Source: Catajapyx aquilonaris (lineage: Eukaryota). From it: DNA of 62,244 bases. The stretch is from the NCBI GenBank assembly GCA_000934665.2, contig JYFJ02002165.1, positions 1-62,244 on the forward strand, in the 5' to 3' direction. How positions within the stretch are numbered: position 1 is the stretch's first letter; each line of letters opens with the position of its first letter. Positions 50,337 to 61,853 of this stretch are shown piece by piece. The notes under the pieces were generated by a model. It was not told where the DNA came from. It saw only the letters and a program-made list of their open reading frames with translations, and searched no databases. Position numbers and translations under genes: made by a program.

Positions 50337-52267
50337 TTTCCTCTTCTATGAGACGTCTAGTTGCTCTTCAATGTACTGTGAGATGGCTGCCCAGCTTGAA
50401 GATGATGCGACTAATTGGTACAGTATACTACGAGGCTGAAGTGATGTCAAAATATCCACAGGCAGGGCTTTATATACACGCTCAAACCGGTGATGCACAG
50501 CATGTGTTCTGGCGCACACCTGCAGAGACTACGAAATCCTGAAGCAACATGATGCAAATGTGCGTAGAAAAACACCCCTGTTTGCGTGTTTCTAAGAGCT
50601 GAGCAATCACCAAAATAACAATTTGCATCATGTCTCACCTGAAATAATTTAAGTTTGAAGATTGTTAAATAAATTTGCCAGTAGTGCCATTTATTAATTT
50701 TATGATAGAAAAATGTCTAACCTAAGTCGTAATTTCAGGTGTCTCCTATCGGGCTCGTTTTCATGTATGTTGTAGAGTTTCATGAGCTGAGTCGAACGAG
50801 CAATGTGATGATTTTCTGTGACCAACCATTTGGCCTCTAGATGCGCAATCGAGTTCAACATCAGACCTTGAGGTCTGTATAGTGTGATCATGAGTGGGAT
50901 TGTAAGTGCAACTTAACAGTAACTGCCAAATGGTTGGTCACAGAAAATCGCCACATGGCTCATTCGACAAAACAAATTTATAGTAATGTTTTTACTTGTT
51001 ATAACTTTTACTAAGTTGATCACAATATGATGACTTCAAATTAAACAAACTGCAGTTTCAAATAAGAATCATATATTAGAATTATTCTAATATGAAAATG
51101 TAAGTTTATGCAGTAGTGAACTGACTCGCGGAACCCTGATGATCCTTCTACGGAACCCACTTTAGGAACCGCTAGCCTATAGTACAGTCTACGTATTGTT
51201 GGTGAAACCTAATTAGGCGGGTATCCCCCTCACTGTGCCGTGCCGCATATCTAAGTTCTGCAGGAATTTATGCAATGTTTCTGGCTTATCTGCATGTAAC
51301 GTCACACTTCCGCCGAATCCACAGTGTGAACACGCCATTTTTCATATCCATAAGTAAATACTATATACACCTACTCCTCTCCCACACCATGTGACCAGAG
51401 TTACTCAGCGGTATTTTCACAGATAACGATATGAGCTGATTTTTAGGGTCCTAAGTCATTTCAGATCCGTATTCGTATTGGGACACCCTGTATAACTGCA
51501 TGCACGCACATTTTGCGAATACTCACCTGACAACCTGTGGCCGTTGTCTGAGTTCAACCAACGTCTAACCTCTCACTGCACTCGCACAAAACTACCAAAG
51601 TCCAGAGCCCGGGCGTGCCTCCCCAGCCCTCTGACGCATTTCGCACGGTTGTGTTGATGGTGCGATATCTCAAAAAGGGGCAATTTTGGGCAAAGGAAAA
51701 CTGTTGCACACACTTCCCCAAGGGTTTCTCACCCTTGTGACACTAAAATACCTGGGGTACCTTGGGGACCTTTTTTTAAAAAGTCTACAATGTGTAAGAG
51801 AGGGTCATTAATCTGCACCGCCATATCACCTGATATTTTTCTTAATCAAGATCTCCAACGTTGAAGTCATATTCAATTTACCATTACTTAAAAGGAACCA
51901 ATACATCGCATTCAGTCAATATTTGTTGCTGTGATCAATAATTTTCTCCACATTAAAATCTCAAACATGAAGAATTTCATTAGCAATTTCCGACACTCTA
52001 AAAATCTTCCCAGAATTTGTAATTTTTCTGGCGCCCATGGATATCAGGCTACTTACAGAACTGAAGGGTAAGGTCCTCAGGTTTTGTAGATTTGAAAGGC
52101 GTATATTTCTATCCGATTTTTAAAAGTCGCGTTTTTTGACATTATGGCCAAGTAACCCGTCCGCCTGGCCTACTGTGTGTTGGTGCAACCGTACTTTAGA
52201 AATTTGCAAGAAGCCTAATTAGGTAGTGAGCAATGTAGTTTACTGCAAAGTGTCCACGTTCTGTCCA

Positions 52268-52470
52268 CTATATATAGTGAGTGGACATCTTGGTTGCGTC
52301 GGACGACAAGCCAACTCCGTTTGGTGGGAAGCAGACTTGCCCACGACAAGCCCACCTTCCCGCAGCAGCAGGTGAAGGAGATGCTGGAGAGGATCAAGGC
52401 CATGAAGGAGAGCGTGATGGACAACCTAGACACTAATAAGTAGGACAATACCAAGAGGGAGCAGCAGTAA
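52268..52470 (+). pseudogene. Duplicate of the paralog-G exon-2-like fragment
   Basis: Near-identical to 44198-44400; no upstream exon 1. Confidence 0.6.
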
Positions 52471-52799
52471 CCAGAAGTTGCTCAAGACCTTCGACAACCT
52501 TCAGGAGTCGTCGGAGGCCAACACAACGTCAATTTTGTTGAGCTGCTACGAGAAGGCCGACACTTAATATCAAAGGGTTGCATATTAAAGCTGCTGGACG
52601 TATCTGTTCATTGTTGGAATCTGTCAGATTCGATCATTGGTGATGGGTGAACAATAAGGCAGAGTCTGTAGTTCTCAGTAGTGCATACGTTTATTGAATG
52701 CACGTGTCACCTCGAGGCATGACTTGTGGTGACACTATACATGTGGGACATCCACCGGTGAGGCCACCAAGAAATGGTGCTGCTACTCTTGGACCGGCC

Positions 52800-53593
52800 T
52801 CAGGGGAGTGCAGCCAGCAGACCCGGGAAAGCTCCAGCCATAGCAGGTAAACCTCCAGGCAAGTTGGGGAGTGCAGCTCCAGCCGGTAAACGTCCAGCCA
52901 AGTCGGAGAGTCCAGACATAGCAGGTAAACCTCCAGCCAAGTTGGGGAGTGCAGCTCCAGCCGGTAAACGTCCAGCCAAGTCGGAGAGTCCAGCCATAGC
53001 AGGTAAACCTCCAGGCAAGTTGGGGAGTGCAGCTCCAGCCGGTAAACGTCCAGCCAAGTCGGAGAGTCCAGCCATAGCAGGTAAACCTCCAGCGGGGTTA
53101 ATACCCTGCAATATCAAGTCATCTTAACACGACAGTTCTGTCACTAAAGAACAATATAACGCAGACAACAAAGACCCGCATGACTGTCCGTGGCCTTCTT
53201 GAGAGCCGCTGGCCAGTGTGCAAAATAACGGTCTTACCTGGGCATTAGCGAGAAGCTGTGAAGCTAGTCCCTCTCCTGCAAAGAGAGAATAGTCCACATA
53301 TTAGTCTTTCAGGGAGTCACACCAATGTCACACCCCAAGCATATTGCCCAAAAAATTCTGACCAACACTTCCTTATGAGTTATGACTTGCACCTACGTAA
53401 TATGCACAAATGGGCAGAACTGATGAGCTCTAGTTATGACTATTTGGTCATTGCAGTGAGCACCTTTCAGACGAGGTGACATCAACTGCCACAAACATGA
53501 TAAAATGAGTGACATACCAAATAGATCGACTGGGGCCGATTGAGACAAGGCTGCCATCATGGACAGTGCAAGCAACACTCGAAAGAAAGCCAT
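52800..53593 (-). CDS. Secreted protein copy 3; exons ~53593-53518, 53275-53238, 53105-52800 (~139 aa); three 78-bp/26-aa repeats (GGLPAMAGLSDLAGRLPAGAALPNL[PA])
   Basis: Same signal peptide and exon 2 as copy 1; open frame. Confidence 0.78.
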
Positions 53594-54212
53594 TTTCCTC
53601 TTCTATGAGACGTCTAGGTGCTCTTCGATGAACCGGGTGTGGCGATGCACTGCTTGAAGACGATGAGACTGGTTGGTGCTGCGAGGCTGAAGTGATGTTA
53701 AAGTCCATAAGGGCCGGGCTTTATATACACGCTCAAACGGTGATGTATACAGTGCAGCATGTGAGTGTTCTGGCGCACACCTGCGGAGTCTACGAAATAC
53801 TGAAGCAACAGATGCAAATGTGCTGAGAAAAACACCTCTGTTTGCGTGTTTGTACAGTATGGGCTGAGCACACACCAGATTGCATGACATTTGTGTGTAT
53901 TAGCAAGAGGTTTCTTCAGTTCAACCTCGTAAACACCCTGTTATACTGTTATTCTGCAAATATCTTTGCAAAATGCCGCTTCTTAATGAGAGTTGGATGT
54001 AGCAAGTCTCTGCTGTGATACTAAGTGGACTACAAAAGTTCGTTGAAAGTATAATGGCACTAACACTCTTCAGAAAATGCCACGTTTTATTTTGTACTTT
54101 TACGAATTTTATAATCATGTGAACAAATATTCATCGACATAAGGTATGGTAAGTTTTAGCAGGACTTTTACCAAGGCTGGTAACACCTACAATATGAATG
54201 AAATAATTCATT

Positions 54213-54798
54213 TCAAAGACCACAGTTCCTGTGTTCAGGTGTGAGGCGGCGGGGCACCCAACGGGCGGAGACCTTGCTGAGGCGAAGGTGTTGATGCAGG
54301 ATGGTATCCACCGCAGCCACACCGATGCCCAGGACCTGCGCTATGTACCGCACAGTCAGCCGCCTGTCTCCCATCACCATGGTCTCCACAGCTGAGATGT
54401 TTTCTTCGGTCACAGCACTTGCTGGCCTTCCCGGGCGGGGGTCATCTTCTACGCTGTCTTGGCCACACTTGAAACGTGCTATCCATTTCTTCACTGTGGT
54501 ATGCGATGTGGCAGCGTCACCCAGTGTTGCGGACAACTCGCTGTAGATATCAACAGCTTTCATCTTCTTCAGTGTGAAGTATTTGATGACCACGCGCTGC
54601 TCGGAATTGTCCATGTTGACGACTCACAGCACTTTGACATGCTCGCTATTTTTTCCTCCCTTTTATATGCTGCAAGGCATGATGATGATGATGGAATTTC
54701 CTGTGATCATTGCAAGGATGCATCTACATGATGGCCCATTTTTATGCCGATTGTCAAACTCCGGTCATGGAAAAGACGCGGATTTTCAGAACGCCCTC
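54213..54798 (-). mobile_element. mariner (Mos1/Hsmar-type) transposon 5' fragment: TIR-like end plus transposase N-terminus (54614-54213)
   Basis: QR.VIKY, TV.KW..RFK.G..S.EDDPRPGRP, DRRLTVR.IA and WVPRRLT motifs; GAGGGCGTTCTGAAAA TIR-like start at ~54798; catalytic domain missing. Confidence 0.92.
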
Positions 54799-55014
54799 TC
54801 CCGGCGACGAAGCGAGGCGAGGGTGCAAAAATTGTCAGTAATTATACCCGCTGAGGTGAGGTGAAAATGCGTCTGTTATATCAGGAGTTATACCAATCTC
54901 ATGGTTATACACAAGGCCTTATGAAGGGTCCGGTCTTTCGAGTCTGTTATAACCGAAAGGCCGTTATAACAGTGGCTGTTAAATATCCGGATTCAACTGC
55001 AATAATATCAGCAG

Positions 55015-55265
55015 CACCGAAGCAGATTGGTATGGTGGTTAAGGAGTCCGACTGCAGGTCCTGGGTTCGATTCCCCGGGGCCGACGATCCTGACCGTGGT
55101 TTTCTGCGGTTTTCCACGGTCCCCCCAGGATAATTCCGGAATAGCCTCCGTATAATAGGCCACCGCCTTCTTCCCTTCCTTCCCTATCCTTGGCCCAATC
55201 CAATGGTGGTATTCCACCCCCCTAATGCGGCCCGCCCATTCTCCCACTGTGGTAAAAAAAAAATA
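55015..55265 (+). mobile_element. tRNA-derived SINE with A-rich tail
   Basis: A box tggtatggtgg, B box ggttcgattcc, central ggttttctgcggttttcc...aggccaccgcc body, poly(A) at ~55255. Confidence 0.75.
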
Positions 55266-55273
55266 ATTAAAAA

Positions 55274-55511
55274 GGGTAAATGTGCAGAAAGAAACCTTCT
55301 GATAAATATCGGACATTCCGATATTATCGATAGTATGCTGTACCAACAAGCCTAACCTTCCATCATTGCGGACACACGCCTATCTTTCAGCGGACACACG
55401 CCTAGGATATTGTAATTGATTGTAATATTGTCGTACTAACAGAAACTGATAATAGATAATTTATCGATATTCCGATATTTATCAGAATGTCGCTTTCTGC
55501 ACATTTACCTT
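55274..55511. mobile_element. MITE with ~55-bp TIRs and TTAA-like flanks (Kolobok-like)
   Basis: ggtaaatgtgcagaaag...tctgataaatatcgga / tccgatatttatcaga...ctttctgcacatttacc. Confidence 0.7.
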
Positions 55512-55709
55512 AAAAAATATCAGCAGCAGGATCAACATTATTATGATTATGATAATGATGATGATGATGATGATTATTATTATTAACCTTTCGCCGCGAC
55601 TGTACTTTTCGTATCCGCTATTTGGCGATTAGTTATGTAGCCGCGATAGCCAATGTAGCCGCGACCTCCCAAGTAACGGCTACATGTAACCGCGATGCGA
55701 TTGTGGGCA

Positions 55710-55726
55710 ATCCAAGATGGCCGCCG
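55710..55726 (+). promoter_or_regulatory. YY1-type motif CAAGATGGCCGCC upstream of CD2BP2
   Basis: Consensus match ~90 bp before the ATG. Confidence 0.55.
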
Positions 55727-55808
55727 TGTAAGCGTCGTTTTGCCACAAATTTTTCCCCGAATTCCGACGATTTGTGTCCGTTTCGTGGGCGTCCGACCGT
55801 GCCTGGGG

Positions 55809-58033
55809 ATGCCTAAGCGCAAGTGGGAAGGAGGAGAGGGCCTGGGGGCGAGGACCATGGCGAAGGAGAAGGTCGGGGTGAGGCTGGGCGGGGCAGAGGC
55901 AGAGGCGGACCCGGACGTGGACGAGGACGACGACGATCTGGACGACGAGTTGGGAGGACCGGGAAAGAACTCGCTGGATTCGGACGAGGAAGACGGTGCC
56001 GCAGGAGGACCTGGAGACGACGACGAGGAGGAAGACGACTCCGGGGATGACGATGCAGCAGCCACAGCCAAGTACGACCTGCACGCAGACTACGAAGGTA
56101 CGTACGCAGCACTCTCCTGGTCCGCTCAGAAGGAAAAGGTGCTGCTAACAGGTGTACCACACATTAACACTACTAGTACGGACCGAAGCCTGTTTCGACT
56201 GTAATGTAATGAACAACGTAAATAGTTGCCATGGTCATTCGCTGCCGTGACAACCTTGTTGCCATGGTCATTCGCTGCCGTAACAACCTTGTTGCCATGG
56301 TCATTCGCTGCCGTGACAACCTTGTTGCCATGGTCATTCGCTGCCGTAACAACCTTGTTGCCATGGTCATTCGCTGCCGTGACAACCTTGTTGGCATAGA
56401 GAGTACATCAACATGTATATTAACGTGTATGTTCATGTCTAGGTGAAGAGGAGGGCGTGCCGAGGATGGAAGGCGAGGTGCTGATGACCCCGTTCAACCT
56501 GCGGGAGGAGATGGAGGAAGGGAAGTTCGATGCGGACGGGAACTTTGTCTGGAAGGACAAGAGGGATCTGGTGAGGGACGGTTGGCTCGACCAGTTGGAC
56601 CAGATGGGGGTGGCCAAGAAGGGGAAGGAGGAGGAGGAGGATAGCTCCGAGTCCGAGGGGGAGCCGGAGGAAGGGGAGGTGGAACAGATGTACCGGGAGA
56701 TGCTGACGCTGATGAAGGAGGAGGAGAGCGTGGCCCAGGCGCTCAGGCGGCTCGGGGGCAGAGGTCGTGCGGCCAGGGGCAGGGGTCGGGGACAGCCCAG
56801 GCCTGACGACGCGGACAAGGAGAAGATGCTGCAGCTCACCGGACTTGCCGACTCGGTCCTCACACGCACTGGGAACATGGACATCTACCAGGAGACCTAC
56901 GAGGCAATCGCATTCAAGGTGCGGGTCCCACGCAGCCGTATTTGATGGCATATAAGACACACTTTTTCTCCCCTAAAAAACTGCCCTGTGTCTTACATGC
57001 GAATTATTATTTTTTTGCAGAATATGATCTGCTGAAATGCATACATGCTTGTGCATTTTGTATACCGTCAAATACGGCACATGCGAGTGATTTGCTCAGC
57101 TATGACACCCAATTGTTCGGGTTGCGAAAATGGTTACTTTCGCCCCAAACAATTGGTTTCGTCGCTGAGCAAATCGCTCGAATGTAAACGCACCAACAAC
57201 TTGCTTGGTCGCATCACAACCTGAATATGTACACTGTACTTCCAATTATCCAGGTACAGACTAATTACTATCCATGTTGCGGATTATCCGTAAATCGTCA
57301 AAAATAAGTCTGATTTTTAAAAAAATGTCTTGCAAACATAGAAATGTACCAAGTAGCATAATTTTTTCAGACGACAGACTTGCGCGGGAGGTTTCATTAT
57401 TAAAGTAGAGTACGCTATGTACAGTGGTTCATTTAAAACCTCGGAACAGCTCACTTTTATGGGGATTAGAACCATTTCTGATTATCCTGCAAGCCGTCAT
57501 TAACCGGGATCATTGGATGTACATTGTAATTAGTAGAGAACAAGCGGTAATGACAGCTTAGCTTCACATATGTAAAATATGACACCTTTATTATAGAAGA
57601 CTTAAACCCTGCACATTTGTTCATGGAAGAGAGCACCCAGTATGACTTTTCTAATGGCGGTAAACGTCAAATTGTATCGACAACTCGCAATAATTGCATC
57701 CTTTTTCAGGTGAGACGGGAAGAAAAGAAGTCCGAACCAGCAGCCGACATGTTCTCGGACGACTTCGTGACGCAAGATGCGGCGAAGAAGTCCGATAACG
57801 ACGCTGCAGGCACGTCTGAATCGGGCTCGTCCAGTTCGAAGCTTCAGGAGTGGGAGATACGTAAGGGCGGACCGGATCCCCCCAACCCAGTGACCGGTCC
57901 GTTCTCCACGTCCCAGATGATCGAGTGGAGTCAAAGCGGAGAGTGGGGAAAAGAAGGGGTTTGGGTCAGGAAGGTGGGTACGCAAGGAGCGTTCTACCAC
58001 TCGAGAAGGATTGACTTCGAGCTGTACGAGTAG
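55809..58033 (+). CDS. CD2BP2: CD2 antigen cytoplasmic tail-binding protein 2 (U5-52K/Lin1); exons 55809-56097, 56443-56918, 57710-58033
   Basis: MPKRK start, SLDSDEED, TPFNLREEMEEG.FDADGN, D.WLD, E.VA.ALRRLG, L.GLAD....GN.DIYQETYE, DMF.DD, C-terminal GYF-type domain ending FY.S.RIDFELY. Confidence 0.93.
56225..56389. repeat. 33-bp minisatellite, 5 copies (gttgccatggtcattcgctgccgt[g/a]acaacctt), in CD2BP2 intron 1
   Basis: Directly visible; G and A variants alternate. Confidence 0.97.
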
Positions 58034-58735
58034 GAAGCGGCACATATATTTTTTTAAATGTCATCGCACACTATGGTCAATACATTGCTTATCACCCTGT
58101 CATTTTTTGTGTTCATGGCCTCCGAACCTGCAAAGGCAAAAAGAAGTTAATCCTGCTAAAACATCATTGCAGGTAGCGATTGTCGTAATTGGCTCGCACC
58201 AACAGTCTTGCATCGATATTACAGAAAATGTGATGCGTATCAACAAAGCTTAATTCTATACATGAAGCGCCCAATTGCACGTTTCCCAATTCTGTACATA
58301 CCAACAAAAATTGAGAGGCGGTTGTACTAATTAGTAAATGCTTTAAAAAAAAAAAGAACACCTTCCATGAGTTTGCAACGGCTGCATTCAAATTGTAACC
58401 AGCCATTACTTTAAAATCGTTTAAAATGATGAAAAAGCGCACAAGATATGAGCATGACTAGGGTTCTTGCGCAATCGGTTTGTTAAAAAAGCATGCAGAA
58501 AATAAGTTCCCTGGAACATTTAACGGTACTTGCTATAAGCGACCATGTTAAAAATATGGGTATGATAAAGAGCTATAAAAATAGTCGTAAATGCCTGGCT
58601 ATCAGGTATCGACTAAATGGAAGGCATCCTTTACGTGGAAACCGGTTTAAAATAGTACATGGTACTAATATAAATGGCTGTTGCAGCCAGACCAAATAAA
58701 ATGGGGACGACCCATCGGAAAGGTCACACTCGTAA

Positions 58736-61700
58736 TCACCCTGCCCCTGCTTCTTGGGGCTCAGCCTCGTCCTCTTCGTCGGTGGACTCCTCGCCTCTTT
58801 CCTCTTCCGTGGTGGCTTCCTCCGCTCTGCCTCTCCAGCCTGGGACTCCGGTGAGTCCGACCCATCTCCAGGCAAGCCATCCGCCGAATGCCACCAAGCA
58901 CGCACCCTGTAGTCCGGCCAGAAGGAAGAAGTAAAGGTCCATCCGCCCTTGGAAGTACTCCCCGCTGCCGCCTTTGATCCAAACTCCCGACAGCATCTGG
59001 ACCAGACAGGTGCCGAGGAAGGATCCGCCGCCTTCCAGCAGCCAATGCAGGCCCATCACCACGCCCTGGAGCGAGCGGGGTGCTGCGGCGTAGCTGAACT
59101 CCAAGCTCGCAATGCCAGCAAACACCTCAGCGCAACCTAAAACACACACGTCACATGAATCTACTTGTACAGCAGTGGTACCCAAACTATGGGCTATGCA
59201 ACGGCCACAAGATCCATACAGATGCGGGCAACCCAACAGGGACAGTTGCTTTCTATACTGACCGACAAATGCGTACTGTGGCAACTGCCAGAGTACTGAG
59301 ACTGAAGTGCAGTTGTAGACGGTGTCGCTGACGTTCTGTGTGTGCCTGTCCCCCGTTGCCCATGCGTGAAGGTTGGCGCTCTCGAGTGCACCGGACCAGC
59401 AGGCAGCCAGGAGCGAGAAGCACATTCCGATCAGCATTCTGACCAGCAGTGGCACCCGGTAGCCACGTCTCTCTAGGCATGGATACAGCACGGACGTCAC
59501 GATCGGAACCAGAACGAGGACGCTGAGCTGGTCGCACAAGGTCATCCAGGCTGCTGGAATCTGTTGGAATGAAGGGTTCAATTTCACATGGTCTGCCATT
59601 GTCAGCACCAAACAGTACCGTAAACTGGGGCAGTCCGGATGCAGCCGAAGCCTCTGGGAGTGTGACCTTCAGATGAAGCGCCTGAGCCTGGAAGCCCGAC
59701 TGCATCTGGAAGTACACGAGCCAGAACGGGACGAGCGACAGGAGCACGGACATGACTCGACCCAGCTGCCGCACGTCCTCCACAGCCCCGTCATGGTGCG
59801 ATCCCCCAAACCGGATCTTCGCCCGATCCAAGCAGCGAGACGGCGGATGGCGTGCTTCACGTCTGCGGAAAAAGATCATCGGGTTTTCAGTTGATCAACT
59901 TCATACCAGTACAGCAAAACCTTGATGTAACCCTTCCCGCATGTAACGCTTTCTCGCTTTTAACACCACTTTTGGGCGGTCCCTTGAAGAGCGTTCTATC
60001 GAGGTTTTACTGTATGTAAAAGGCGAAGTTTGTTGGTTTGTCCATAGCAGCAGGTTGCCATGGCACTGGTGGTTAGTCAGTTAGTTAGTCAGTCTATGTG
60101 GGCCGCGACCAAAAAAAGTTTGGGAACCACTGGTCTATGGGAATATATCTCCATGGCAAAGTTTGTTTTTGTTCATGGCAACGGACGTTTGTTTGTCCAT
60201 GGCAACCACTCTGTGTTTGTGTGTTGCACATCCATTACCATGAACAAAAACAAACATTGCCCTGGACAAACAAATATTGCCATGGAGATCTGTTGCTATG
60301 GACAAAAACCAACATTGCCATGGACACAAATAAGCAAACAACCTTTGATGTGGACAAACAAACAATGGTTGCCATGGACAAAAACAAACATTGCTATGGA
60401 CAAACATCTGTTGCCATGGACAATCAAACATTGCTATGGAGATTTGTTGCTATGGACAAGCACCTGTTGCCATGGACAAAAACAAACATTGCTATGGAGA
60501 TTTGTTGCTATGGACAAACAAACTAACCAACCACAATTGCCATGAAGACCTGCTGCAACGGATGTTTGATTGTCCATGGCAACCATTGTTTGTTTGTCCA
60601 CTGCAAAGGTTGCTTGCACTTGTTTGTGTCCATGGGAATGTTTGTTTTTGTTAATGGCAATGGATGTTTGCCCATAGCAATGGATGTTTTGTCTGTCCAT
60701 GGCAACCACTCTATTTGTTTGTCCATTGCAGCAGGCATCCATGGCAATGTTTGTTCGCTCATGGCAAAGGATGTGTGTATGTTTGTTCGTTCGTCCATTG
60801 CAATCATAGTTTGTTCGCCCATGGCAACATGTGTTTGAATGTGTCCATGGCAATGGCAGTTTGTTTGCCCATAGCAACAGGCCTCCATGGCATCGAAAAA
60901 CAACGATTGACTGTTGCATATTACATTACCATGGAGAAATGGGCCATGCAAGGAATAGGCTCCACTAATCATGACGCTGGGTATACCTTCTGCACCTTGG
61001 CCGTCCTTCCCACAGTATCCGCACGACGTCCGTCAGCACCGAACCGGACGGCCTGTGTGCCAGGTAGCATGGACGTCCCAGGGCGAACGCAACCATGGAG
61101 AGGGCCAGGCACGATCCGGCCGACACGTATCCGTAGAAGAACCCGTTGGGTTGCGTGTTCTGCGCGACGTACCCAACGACAGCCACGCCCACCAGACTCC
61201 CGACGTTGACGCACCAGTAGTAGGCGTTGAAGAAGGCTCGTGTCAGCGAGGGACCGCCGTGCTTCACCTGCTCTGCTCCAAACGGTGCCAGGTTCGCCTT
61301 GATGGTTCCAACGCCCATCCCGATCATGCAGAGCGTGCCGTACACAACCGCTTGGCACTGTGCGGTGGTGTAGTCATTCGGCTGGCATCCGAGCCAAGCC
61401 AGCGACCGGTGGGACAGTGCGGCCAGTAGCCCCATCCCCAGCAGGTACACCCCATACCCAATCATGATGGCCATGAAGCGGCCGGTACACGCATCGGCCA
61501 GCCATCCACCGATGGGCGACGAGGCGTACGCAACGCCTGAGGTGGCAAGCACCGCAGCCAGCGCCTGCTCCGAGCTCCACGACTGCCCGCATTCACCCTG
61601 CAAATGAACCCTTGGTGGTAATTAAGCAGCAGGGATTAATTATTAGAAGAAGCCTGACCTTGTTGAGATAAAGGTACAGAGTGGAGACCACTGCGTAGTA

Positions 61701-61853
61701 CGCCAGCCTCTCCAGTGTCAGCGCGGCCAGCACGAACGCCCCTGCCTTCCTGCACCTGGCCGCGTCCCACGGGAGCGGCCCGCGGTGGTAAGGCCGGACC
61801 AGAAGCGGCGCCCGCTCCGGGTTCCCGCCCCCGGTGCTGCCCGCGGGCTCCAT
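58736..61853 (-). CDS. SLC15A4: Proton-coupled oligopeptide/histidine transporter (PTR2/POT), SLC15A4-like; exons 61853-61659, 61597-60987, 59862-59619, 59560-59263, 59136-58736
   Basis: N-terminal ERAPLL dileucine signal, ERLAYY, SPIGGWLAD..TGRF, G.IKANLAPFGAEQ, FFN.YYW.VNVGS, WLVYFQMQS, IPAAW, LWQLPQY, E.FA.IA.LEF.Y..AP.S.QG, D.YFFLLA. A3 vs A4 orthology unresolved. Confidence 0.9.
59912..60012. mobile_element. Tigger/pogo-like MITE with TA target duplication
   Basis: ta|cagcaaaaccttgatgtaac ... gttctatcgaggttttactg|ta. Confidence 0.75.
60030..60950. repeat. Degenerate ~20-bp minisatellite (gttgc[c/t]atggacaaa.aaaca) in alternating orientation blocks within SLC15 intron 2
   Basis: Many CCATGG/CTATGG-centred units; 60340-60430 is inverted at 60556-60615. 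Confidence 0.9.

Larger units (their letters stand above)
44110..54210. repeat. Segmental tandem triplication: units ~44110-46810 and ~52179-54210 (very similar) and a more diverged unit ~49050-50640
   Basis: Long near-identical runs, e.g. gttggtgcaaccgtactttagaaatttgcaagaagcctaattagg at 44110 and 52179; shared promoter, exon 1 and 3' UTR in all three. Confidence 0.9.

Noticed and set aside
51465..51495. Tc1/mariner-type end (ttgggacaccctgta)
   Set aside because: Single short TIR-like word with no partner or transposase; too little to annotate.
44684..53593. Collagen, neuropeptide or cyclic-peptide precursor identity for the secreted family
   Set aside because: No Gly-X-Y periodicity, no dibasic cleavage sites and no recognisable leader/core organisation.
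56225..56389. CRISPR array
   Set aside because: Repeats are contiguous with no unique spacers; eukaryotic intron; no cas genes.
60060..60972. Overlapping 100-180 aa ORFs in several frames
   Set aside because: Produced by the intronic minisatellite; no protein features.
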